Source: Pseudomonadota bacterium | GTDB lineage: Bacteria > Pseudomonadota > Gammaproteobacteria > Xanthomonadales > Xanthomonadaceae | DNA length: 64,000 nucleotides | Reading direction: 5' to 3' | Assembly: GCA_018242445.1 (NCBI GenBank) | Contig: JAFEBW010000050.1 | Location: 35,044 to 99,043 of the forward strand | Shown here: positions 8,883-17,217 of the stretch, one piece after another | Numbering within the stretch: the first letter of the stretch is position 1 | How the letters are laid out: every line of letters begins with the position of its first letter | Program-made: the position numbers and the translations under genes | The notes under the pieces: model-generated | Databases searched by the model: none | The model's input: only the letters and a program-made list of their open reading frames with translations | Told to the model about the DNA's origin: nothing

Positions 8883-10292
8883 ATGCATGAAATCATCTGC
8901 CCGCACTGCCAGAAGGCGTTCAAGGTCGACGAGGCCAGCTACGTGAGCATCCTGAAGCAGGTTCGCGACAAGGAGTTCGACAAGCAGCTGCATGAGCGGT
9001 TGGAACTCGCCGAGCGAGACAAGCTCAATGCGGTTGAGCTTGCCCAAGCCAAGCTTGCTGGTGAGCTGCAGAAGGAGGCTTTGGCCAAGGATGCCGAGAT
9101 CAAGGAACTGAAGGCCAGGCTGGACGCCGGTGACGCCTCGCGCAAGCTGGCCGTCACCGAGGCGTTGAGCCCGGTCGAGAAGGAGCGCAACCAGCTCGCC
9201 AACGAACTGGCGCAAGCCAAGCGTGACCTGGAGTCTGCGGCCAAGCTGGCCGAAGCAACGCGAGCAAACGCCGTTCAGACAGCCGCCGCCGCGAAAGACG
9301 CCGAAATTCAGGCGCTGCAGGCCAAGCTCGACGCTAGTGAAGTTGCCCAACAACTTGCGGTCAACAGGGCGGTCAGCGTCGTCGAGAATGAGCGCAACGC
9401 GCTGCAGAGCGGCCTGCAGCGTGCCGAGCTTGAAAAGGACCTGGCCGAGAAGTCCCTGAAGGAAAAGTACGAAACCCAGCTCAAGGATCGTGAGGAGACC
9501 ATTGAGCGCCTCAAGGACATGAAAGCCAAGCTGTCGACCAAGATGATCGGCGAGAGCCTTGAGCAGCACTGCGAGACCGAGTTCAACCGCATCCGCGCCA
9601 CCGCGTTCCCACACGCCTACTTCGAGAAGGACAACGACGCGCGCAGCGGCAGCAAGGGCGACTTCATCTTCCGCGACCAAGCCGAAGACGGCACCGAGAT
9701 CGTCTCCATCATGTTCGAGATGAAGAACGAGAACGACGAGACCGCCAGCAAGAAGAAGAACGAAGACTTCCTGAAAGAGCTCGACAAGGATCGCGCGGAA
9801 AAAGGCTGCGAGTACGCCGTGCTGGTTTCCCTGCTGGAGCCGGAGAGCGAGCTTTACAACACCGGCATCGTCGACGTGTTCCACCGCTACCCGAAGATGT
9901 ACGTCGTGCGGCCGCAGTTCTTCATCCCCATCATCACGCTGCTGCGCAATGCGGCCACCAAAGCCTTGGCCTACAGGCAGGAACTCGCGCTGGTTCGGGC
10001 ACAGAATCTCGACATCACGCGATTCGAGAAGCAGCTGGACGAGTTCAAGGGGGCGTTCGGCAGGAACTGGCGGCTTGCCTCCGACGGCTTCGAGGAGGCC
10101 GTCAAGCGGATCGACGAAGCCATCAAGGATCTGGAGAGGACCAAGGACGCCCTCCACAAATCTGCGAACAATCTGCGGCTTGCGAACGACAAGGCTGAAG
10201 ATCTGACGATCAAGAAATTGACCCGGGGCAACCCGACGATGGCGGCGAAGTTCGCCGAACTGAAAGACCACGATGCTTCCGGCGAAGCATGA
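8883..10292 (+). CDS. DUF2130 protein (N-terminal CxxC, long coiled coil, C-terminal PD-(D/E)xK-like motif)
   Basis: It has the [18 protein letters not shown]-terminus, about 200 aa of Ala/Glu/Lys/Gln-rich heptad-like sequence, and then GDFIF...x15...FEMK. Confidence 0.75.
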   Translation: MHEIICPHCQKAFKVDEASYVSILKQVRDKEFDKQLHERLELAERDKLNAVELAQAKLAGELQKEALAKDAEIKELKARLDAGDASRKLAVTEALSPVEKERNQLANELAQAKRDLESAAKLAEATRANAVQTAAAAKDAEIQALQAKLDASEVAQQLAVNRAVSVVENERNALQSGLQRAELEKDLAEKSLKEKYETQLKDREETIERLKDMKAKLSTKMIGESLEQHCETEFNRIRATAFPHAYFEKDNDARSGSKGDFIFRDQAEDGTEIVSIMFEMKNENDETASKKKNEDFLKELDKDRAEKGCEYAVLVSLLEPESELYNTGIVDVFHRYPKMYVVRPQFFIPIITLLRNAATKALAYRQELALVRAQNLDITRFEKQLDEFKGAFGRNWRLASDGFEEAVKRIDEAIKDLERTKDALHKSANNLRLANDKAEDLTIKKLTRGNPTMAAKFAELKDHDASGEA

Positions 10293-10309
10293 ACCCAAGG
10301 AAGCACACG

Positions 10310-12250
10310 ATGGACAAGTTGAAGATGCACTCGCCTGACCTCAGCCAGGACAACCTCGCGCGGCTACGCGAGATGTTTCCGGGCTGCGTGACGGAAGCAA
10401 GAGTGAAGGGTGAAGAGGGAAAAGTGAAATATGCGGTGGACTTCGACCTGCTGCGGCAGGAGCTGTCCGGGTTGCTGGTGGAGGGGCCGCAGGAGCGCTA
10501 CCAGCTCGACTGGCCGGGCAAGCGCGAAGCGCTGCTGACGGCCAATGCGCCGATTGCCAAGACCTTGCGCCCGGTGCGCGACGAAAGCGTGGACTTCGAC
10601 ACCACCAAGAACCTGTTCATCGAAGGCGACAACCTGGAGGCGCTCAAGCTGCTGCAGGAGACGTATCTGGGCAAGGTGAAGCTGATCTATATCGACCCGC
10701 CGTATAACACCGGCCGAGACTTCGTTTACGACGATGACTTTGCCGAGGATGCAGAGTCGTTCCTTGTGAAGTCGCTCCAGCAAAGCACGACGGGCGAAAA
10801 GCTTGTGGCAAACCCGGAGTCGAATGGCAGGTTTCACTCCGACTGGCTTTCCATGATGTATGCACGAACGCGTCTAGCAAAAAGTCTCCTGACCGACGAT
10901 GGAATTTTTCTCGCTTCGATTGACGATGGCGAGGTATCTAACCTACGGAAGGTCTGCGATGAGATTTTCGGTGAAGAGCAATTTGCTGCTCAGATCATCT
11001 GGAAAAAGCGCAATACACCGCCAAACGACAAGATCATCGGTGCCCAGCACGACTACATCTTGCTTTATGTAAAGAATGGCCTCTCTGGAATTAACCTCCG
11101 GCCAAGATCGCAGGATCAGATAGACCGTTACAAGAATCCAGACAATCACCCCAAAGGGCCATGGGTCGCCGGCGACCTCACCGGCAACGTGAAGGGCGGA
11201 CGTTACTCAGCCGCGCTGCATTACCCAATTAAAAACCCGAATACAGGGGAGCAATTCTATCCAGCCAATAACGGGAACTGGCGATTTAATAAAGAGAAAA
11301 TTGAGCAACTTATCTCCGAAGACGCAATTTATTTCGGAAAGGATGGCAAACAAGCCCCGAAACTTAAGCGCTTTCTCTCCGACGTGAAGGATGGCACTAC
11401 ATGGACATCCCTCTGGGATTTCGCACCATTCAACACATCCGGATCGAACGAGATGGGCGAAATTTTCGGCAACTCAACTCTCTTTGAGAACCCTAAGCCC
11501 GTTGGCCTACTCGAACATGTGATTGAGCTTGGTGCATCACCGGGTTCAATCGTAGTCGACTTCTTTGCTGGCACATCTACAACTGCACACGCCGTAATGA
11601 GGAAAAACGCTGAGGACAATGGCAATCGCCGCTTCATCATGGTGCAGTTGCCGGAGGCTTGCGCCAAGGATTCGGAGGCATTCAAGGCGGGCTACGCGAC
11701 AATCGCCGAGGTAAGTAAGGACCGCATCCGCCGCGCCGGTAAGAAGATCAGCGATGGCGGCTCACAGGTTGACATCGGCTTCCGCGTCCTCAAGATCGAC
11801 ACCTCCAACATGGCCGATGTGTTCTACACCCCCGACGCCGTTAGCCAAGGTGACCTGCTCAATGCAGTGGACAACATCAAGCCCGACCGCAGCGCCGAAG
11901 ACCTGCTGTTCCAGGTGATGCTGGACTGGGGCGTGGATCTTTCGCTCCCTGTCGGGCGCGAAAGAATAGTGAAGAGTGAAAATGGAATGGTGAAGTTCGA
12001 GCCGATAGCGCCAGAAGATTTCACTTCTCACTTTTCACCATTCACTCTTCTAACGGTTGACGGCAACGCCCTAATCGCCTGTTTCGACAACGCCGGCAAC
12101 ATCGACGATGCGTTAGCCAAAGAGCTGGCCAAGCGCAAGCCCCTGCGCGCGGTGTTCCGCGATGCCGGCTTCAAGGACAGCACGGTGAAGATCAACATCG
12201 AACAGATCTTCAAGCTGCTCTCGCCGGGCACCGAAGTGAAGTGCCTGTGA
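10310..12250 (+). CDS. site-specific DNA methyltransferase, Type III Mod-like (beta-class N6A/N4C order)
   Basis: MDKLKMHSPDLSQDNLARL is a Mod-type N-terminus. Motif IV IYIDPPYNTG precedes motif I VVDFFAGTSTTAHAV. The SD AAGGAAG lies 6-7 nt upstream of the ATG at 10310. Confidence 0.9.
   Translation: MDKLKMHSPDLSQDNLARLREMFPGCVTEARVKGEEGKVKYAVDFDLLRQELSGLLVEGPQERYQLDWPGKREALLTANAPIAKTLRPVRDESVDFDTTKNLFIEGDNLEALKLLQETYLGKVKLIYIDPPYNTGRDFVYDDDFAEDAESFLVKSLQQSTTGEKLVANPESNGRFHSDWLSMMYARTRLAKSLLTDDGIFLASIDDGEVSNLRKVCDEIFGEEQFAAQIIWKKRNTPPNDKIIGAQHDYILLYVKNGLSGINLRPRSQDQIDRYKNPDNHPKGPWVAGDLTGNVKGGRYSAALHYPIKNPNTGEQFYPANNGNWRFNKEKIEQLISEDAIYFGKDGKQAPKLKRFLSDVKDGTTWTSLWDFAPFNTSGSNEMGEIFGNSTLFENPKPVGLLEHVIELGASPGSIVVDFFAGTSTTAHAVMRKNAEDNGNRRFIMVQLPEACAKDSEAFKAGYATIAEVSKDRIRRAGKKISDGGSQVDIGFRVLKIDTSNMADVFYTPDAVSQGDLLNAVDNIKPDRSAEDLLFQVMLDWGVDLSLPVGRERIVKSENGMVKFEPIAPEDFTSHFSPFTLLTVDGNALIACFDNAGNIDDALAKELAKRKPLRAVFRDAGFKDSTVKINIEQIFKLLSPGTEVKCL
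11965..12052 (+). repeat. cargo-less heptamer-array hairpin inserted in frame in mod
   Basis: AATAGTGAAGAGTGAAAATGGAATGGTGAAG ... TTTCACTTCTCACTTTTCACCATTCACTCTTC. The arms are reverse-complementary and are translated as IVKSENGMVKFEPIAPEDFTSHFSPFTL. Confidence 0.8.
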
Positions 12251-12259
12251 GGGAGTGCC

Positions 12260-13924
12260 ATGGAGAAGACTGAGCTGACGCAGCTGCTGGAAAGCCTGAT
12301 CGCCACCTGGGAGAACGAGGTGGTGGAGTTCAAGCAGGCCGGCAGCGACTACAGCACCGACGACATCGGCAAGTATTTTTCCGCGCTGGCCAACGAGGCC
12401 AACTTGCGCGGGGCCGATGCCGGCTGGCTGGTGTTCGGCGTGAACAACAAGACGCGCCGCATGGTGGGCACGGACTACCGCCCGCAGGCTGCGCGGCTGC
12501 ACGCGCTCAAGATGCAGATCACCGAGAACGCCGAGCCGCGCATCAGCTTTCGCGATATCCACGAGTTGAGCCATGCCGATGGCCGCGTGCTGCTGTTCGA
12601 GATACCGGCAGCCCCACTCGGCATACCCATTGCCTGGAAGGGCCACTACTACGCCCGCGCTGGCGAAAGCCTGATCTCGCTGTCGCTGGACAAGCTGGAT
12701 GGCATCCGCCGCCAGACTCTGGCGCAGGACTGGACGGCGCAAGTCGTGCCTGGTGCGACCCTGGCCGACCTGGATGAAACCGCGCTGCGCAGGGCGCGTG
12801 AATCGTTTGCCAGCAAGTACGCGAACCGGGTTGCGCTCAGCGAAGTGCTGGGCTGGCCCATCAACACCTTCCTCGACCGGGCGCGGTTGACGCAGGACGG
12901 GCAGCTCACCCGCGCAACGCAGTTGCTGCTGGGCAAGCGCGAGTCGGCGTATCGCCTGTCGCCCCACCCCGCGCAACTGACATGGAGCCTGGTGGGCCAG
13001 GAGCGCGCCTACGAGCATTTCGGCCCGCCCTTCCTGCTGAGCACCACTCGCCTGTACCAGCGCATCCGCAACATCCAGTTGCGCATCCTGCCGCAGGACG
13101 AACTGGTGCCCGTGGAAGTGGCCAAGTACGACCAGAAGATCGTGCTGGAAGCCTTGCACAACTGCATCGCTCACCAGGACTACACGCGCCACGGCCGCGT
13201 GGTGGTGACGGAGCAACCCGACCGGCTGGTGTTCGAGAACGAGGGCGGCTTTTACGAGGGCAGCCCCGACGACTACATCACCGGCACCAAGCTTCCCCGG
13301 CGCTACCGCAACCCATTCCTCGCCCAGGCGATGGCCGAGCTGAACATGATCGACACCATGGGCTACGGCATCCACGACATGTACGTGCGCCAGGCGCGGC
13401 GCTACTTCCCGATGCCGGACTACGACCTTGGCGAAGCCGGGGCCGTGAAGATGACGATCTACGGCGGTGTGGTCGATCCGGCTTATAGCCGGTTGCTGAT
13501 CCAGCGCACCGATCTGCCGCTGGCGGACGTGCTGGCGCTGGATCGCGTGCAGAAGAAGCTGTCGATTCCAGACGAGGCCGCTGCGCGCCTACGCAAGGGC
13601 AGACTGATCGAGGGCCGCAAGCCGAACTACTTCGTGTCTGCCGAGGTGGCGACGGCCACGGACAGCAAGGTCGACTACATCCGCACGCGCCCTCAGGACG
13701 ACGAGTTCTACGCCAAGCTGCTCGTCGACTACTTGGAAAAGTTTGGCGAGGCCACGCGCACCGAGATCAACAAGCTGCTGCTGGACAAGCTCAGCGACGC
13801 GCTGGACGAGCAGCAAAAGTACAACAAGGTCAGCAATCTCCTCACCAATCTGCGCCGCCGTGGAGTTATCCGCAACGCTGGCGTCGACAGCGCGCCGCGC
13901 TGGGTACTTGCAGAGACGAATTAG
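12260..13924 (+). CDS. AlbA_2 (Schlafen-like DNA-binding) plus ATPase-like/wHTH protein, often annotated as ATP-binding protein or putative transcriptional regulator
   Basis: The N-terminus ENEVVEFKQAG...IGKYFSALANEANLRGADAGWLVFGV is typical of AlbA_2. The central NCIAHQDY...GGFYEG resembles the HATPase_c_4 region. The SD GGGAG lies upstream. Confidence 0.75.
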   Translation: MEKTELTQLLESLIATWENEVVEFKQAGSDYSTDDIGKYFSALANEANLRGADAGWLVFGVNNKTRRMVGTDYRPQAARLHALKMQITENAEPRISFRDIHELSHADGRVLLFEIPAAPLGIPIAWKGHYYARAGESLISLSLDKLDGIRRQTLAQDWTAQVVPGATLADLDETALRRARESFASKYANRVALSEVLGWPINTFLDRARLTQDGQLTRATQLLLGKRESAYRLSPHPAQLTWSLVGQERAYEHFGPPFLLSTTRLYQRIRNIQLRILPQDELVPVEVAKYDQKIVLEALHNCIAHQDYTRHGRVVVTEQPDRLVFENEGGFYEGSPDDYITGTKLPRRYRNPFLAQAMAELNMIDTMGYGIHDMYVRQARRYFPMPDYDLGEAGAVKMTIYGGVVDPAYSRLLIQRTDLPLADVLALDRVQKKLSIPDEAAARLRKGRLIEGRKPNYFVSAEVATATDSKVDYIRTRPQDDEFYAKLLVDYLEKFGEATRTEINKLLLDKLSDALDEQQKYNKVSNLLTNLRRRGVIRNAGVDSAPRWVLAETN

Positions 13925-13976
13925 TGTCGCCGCAGAGAACGTTTCAAGGAAAGCCATAACTATCAATTGCTTGCAT

Positions 13977-14003
13977 CTCTCTGCACGCCACCGATGCAGA
14001 GAG
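13977..14003 (+). other. 9-bp stem hairpin (CTCTCTGCA / TGCAGAGAG, 9-nt loop) in the only sizeable intergenic gap of the island
   Basis: Read directly. No T-run follows, so it is not a canonical terminator. Confidence 0.4.
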
Positions 14004-14031
14004 CCTGCAGAAAGAAGGCGCGTCAAAAGCC

Positions 14032-17000
14032 ATAAAGCTCAAGTTCAAGATCCAGCGTTACCAGACCGACGCCGTACAGTCCGTGGTGGATTGCTTCGAG
14101 GGCCAGCCACCAGCCAACGCCCGGGCCGTCAGCTACCGCATCGACCCCGGCAAGCTGGCCAAGGGACAGACCATCGGCAGCACGCTGAGTGCCGGCGACG
14201 GCTTCCGCAATGCCGACCTGCTGCTGACCGAGCAGGCCTTGCTGGCCAACGTGCAGAAGATGCAGCGCCACCAGAACCTGCCGATCTCCACCGCGCTGGT
14301 GAAGACCAAGATGTCGCCGGTCAATCTCGACATCGAGATGGAAACCGGCACCGGGAAGACTTATTGCTACATCAAGACCATGTTTGAGCTGAACCAGCGC
14401 TACGGCTGGAGCAAGTTCATCGTGGTGGTGCCCTCTATCGCCATCCGCGAGGGCGTGGCCAAGTCGCTGAAGATCACCGCCGACCACTTCCTGGAAACCT
14501 ACGGCAAGAAGGCCCGGTGCTTCATCTACGACTCCAAGCAGTTGCACCAGTTGGAGAGCTTCGCCTCCGACGCCGGCATCAACGTGATGGTCATCAACGT
14601 GCAGGCGTTCAACGCCGCCGGCAAGGACAACCGGCGCATCTACGAAGAGCTGGACGACTTCCAGTCGCGCAAGCCCATCGACGTCATCAGCGCCAACCGC
14701 CCCATCCTGATTCTGGACGAGCCGCAGAAGATGGAAGGCGACAAGACGCTCAAGTCGCTGGAGGCGTTCAAGGCCTTGATGGTGTTGCGCTACTCGGCCA
14801 CGCACAAGACCCGGCACAACCAGATTCACCGCCTGGACGCGCTCGACGCCTACAACCAGAAGCTGGTGAAGAAGATCGCCGTGCGCGGCATCACCATGAA
14901 GGGGCTGGCAGGCACCAACGCCTATCTCTACCTGCAGTCCATCGAGATTTCGACCAGAAAGCCGCCGGAAGCACGGCTGGAGTTCGAGCAGAAGCTGGCT
15001 GGCGGCAAGATCAAGCGCATCGTGCGCAAGCTCGGCAAGGGCGACAACCTGTTCACCCTCTCCAACGAATTGGACGAGTACCGCACCGGCTTCACGGTGG
15101 CGGACATCAATGCCAACACCGACACCTTGAGCTTCACCAACGGCGTGCAGCTCACCGTGGGCGATGCCACGGGCAACGTGAACGAATCAGCGCTGCGACG
15201 CATCCAGATTCGCGAAGCGATCAAGGCGCACTTCGACAAGGAAGAAGCCCTGTTCGCACAAGGCGTGAAGGTGCTCAGCTTGTTCTTCATCGACGAGGTG
15301 GCGAAGTACCGCGACTACTCAGCCGCCGACGAGAAAGGCGACTACGCCCGCATGTTCGAGGAGGAGTACGACGAAATAGTGAAGAGCGAATTGGGAAGAT
15401 TGAATGAGGAAAGTTCAATTCTCAATCTTCACCATTCACTCTTATATGCCGACTACCTGAAAGGCATCGCGGCGGAGAAAACCCACAGCGGCTACTTCTC
15501 CATCGACAAGAAGAGCAAGCGCCTGACCGACCCCACGGTGGCGAAACGCGGGGAGAACGCCGGGCTGTCGGACGATACCGATGCCTACGACCTGATCCTC
15601 AAGGACAAGGAGCGCCTGCTGTCGCTCGACGAACCAGTGCGCTTCATCTTTTCGCACTCGGCACTGCGCGAAGGCTGGGACAACCCCAACGTGTTCGTCA
15701 TTTGCGCGCTCAAGCACAGCGACAACACCGTCTCGCGGCGTCAGGAAGTGGGGCGCGGCTTGCGCCTTTGCGTGAACCAGCAAGGCGACCGCATGGACAA
15801 CCCGGTCACCGTGCATGACATCAACGTGCTGACCGTGGTGGCCAGCGAAAGCTACAAGGACTTCGTGGCCGGGTTGCAGGACGACATCAGCAAGTCGCTT
15901 GCCGAACGCCCACGCAAGGCCAACGAGGATTACTTCAAAGGCAAAGTGCTCAAGACCGAGCAAGGCGACGTGGACGTCACGCCAGCGATGGCGAAGCAGA
16001 TCTACAAATACCTGCTCAAAAACGACTACACCGACGATAACGACGGTATCGCCGATACCTATCACCAGGCACGCAAGGATGGTGCGCTGGCGGAGCTTCC
16101 TGCCGACTTGAAGCCCTACGCCGATCAGGTGGTCTTCCTCATCGACAGCGTCTTCAGCCAGGCGCTGCTCCCGGACATCGCCGACGGACGCAAGCCGAAG
16201 ACGAACCCGCTCAACGCCAACTTCGACAAGCAGGAATTCAAGGCGTTGTGGAACCGCATCAATCGCAAGGCGGCCTACAGCGTGCACTTCGACAGCGACG
16301 AACTGGTCGCGAAGGCCGCGGCCAAGCTCAACGACAAGGATGAAGGCTTGCGGGTCACCCCGCTGCAGTACGTCATCCAGGCCGGCACGCAGACAAAACA
16401 GGCCACCTACGACGACATCGCCGCCGGCAAGGGCTTCCGGATCACCGAGAGCGAAGTGGAGAACCACCGCGCCTCGATCCACTCGCTGGTGCGCTACGAC
16501 CTGATCGGCAAGCTGGCCGAGGGCACCCAGCTCACCCGACGCACCATCGCCGACATCCTGAAGGGCATGAACGTGGCAGTGTTCGCCCAGTTCAAGACCA
16601 ACCCGGAAAGCTTCATCGCCGAAGCCACTCGGCTCATCAACGAGCAGAAGGCCACCGTGATCGTCGAGCACCTGGCCTATGACCCGGTGGAAGAAACCTA
16701 CGACCTGGACATCTTCACCGCCAGCCAAAGCCGACAGGACTTCACGAACGCCGGCGGAAAGCTTCAGCACCACATCTACGACTACGTGGTCACCGACTCC
16801 AAGGTGGAGCGCCAGTTCGTAACCAATCTGGACACCAGCACCGACGTGGTGGTCTACGCCAAGCTACCCAGGGGCTTCCTCATCCCGACACCGGTAGGCG
16901 ACTACAACCCGGACTGGGCCATCAGCTTCAAGGAAGGCAAGGTCAAGCACATCTACTTCGTCGCCGAGACGAAAGGCTCGATGTCCAGCATGGAGCTACG

Positions 17001-17130
17001 CGAGATCGAGAAGACCAAGATCAAGTGCGCCCGCAAGTTCTTCGACGAAATGAATCACCGATACATACCCGAGAACGTCAAGTACGCGGTGGTGGATAGC
17101 TTCAGCAAGCTGATGGAGATCGTGAAGTAA
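14032..17130 (+). CDS. Type III restriction enzyme Res-like helicase-nuclease (start codon problematic)
   Basis: It has Walker [10 protein letters not shown], motif [10 protein letters not shown], and the C-terminal nuclease motif YNPDWAISF...FVAETKG (PD...ExK). The conserved N-terminus [25 protein letters not shown] is in frame from 14032, but that codon is ATA. The first standard start is the GTG at 14083. Confidence 0.85.
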   Translation: MKLKFKIQRYQTDAVQSVVDCFEGQPPANARAVSYRIDPGKLAKGQTIGSTLSAGDGFRNADLLLTEQALLANVQKMQRHQNLPISTALVKTKMSPVNLDIEMETGTGKTYCYIKTMFELNQRYGWSKFIVVVPSIAIREGVAKSLKITADHFLETYGKKARCFIYDSKQLHQLESFASDAGINVMVINVQAFNAAGKDNRRIYEELDDFQSRKPIDVISANRPILILDEPQKMEGDKTLKSLEAFKALMVLRYSATHKTRHNQIHRLDALDAYNQKLVKKIAVRGITMKGLAGTNAYLYLQSIEISTRKPPEARLEFEQKLAGGKIKRIVRKLGKGDNLFTLSNELDEYRTGFTVADINANTDTLSFTNGVQLTVGDATGNVNESALRRIQIREAIKAHFDKEEALFAQGVKVLSLFFIDEVAKYRDYSAADEKGDYARMFEEEYDEIVKSELGRLNEESSILNLHHSLLYADYLKGIAAEKTHSGYFSIDKKSKRLTDPTVAKRGENAGLSDDTDAYDLILKDKERLLSLDEPVRFIFSHSALREGWDNPNVFVICALKHSDNTVSRRQEVGRGLRLCVNQQGDRMDNPVTVHDINVLTVVASESYKDFVAGLQDDISKSLAERPRKANEDYFKGKVLKTEQGDVDVTPAMAKQIYKYLLKNDYTDDNDGIADTYHQARKDGALAELPADLKPYADQVVFLIDSVFSQALLPDIADGRKPKTNPLNANFDKQEFKALWNRINRKAAYSVHFDSDELVAKAAAKLNDKDEGLRVTPLQYVIQAGTQTKQATYDDIAAGKGFRITESEVENHRASIHSLVRYDLIGKLAEGTQLTRRTIADILKGMNVAVFAQFKTNPESFIAEATRLINEQKATVIVEHLAYDPVEETYDLDIFTASQSRQDFTNAGGKLQHHIYDYVVTDSKVERQFVTNLDTSTDVVVYAKLPRGFLIPTPVGDYNPDWAISFKEGKVKHIYFVAETKGSMSSMELREIEKTKIKCARKFFDEMNHRYIPENVKYAVVDSFSKLMEIVK
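15375..15444 (+). repeat. cargo-less heptamer-array hairpin inserted in frame in res
   Basis: AATAGTGAAGAGCGAATTGGGAAGATTGAATGAGG ... TTCAATTCTCAATCTTCACCATTCACTCTTA, translated as [23 protein letters not shown]. Confidence 0.75.
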
Positions 17131-17217
17131 TGCCCGTCAAGATCAAGGAACTGGACAAGCCGGTGGACGGTCACGAACCCCAGCAGTGATGTGTGCTCCC
17201 ATGAGTCGATGCCGACC

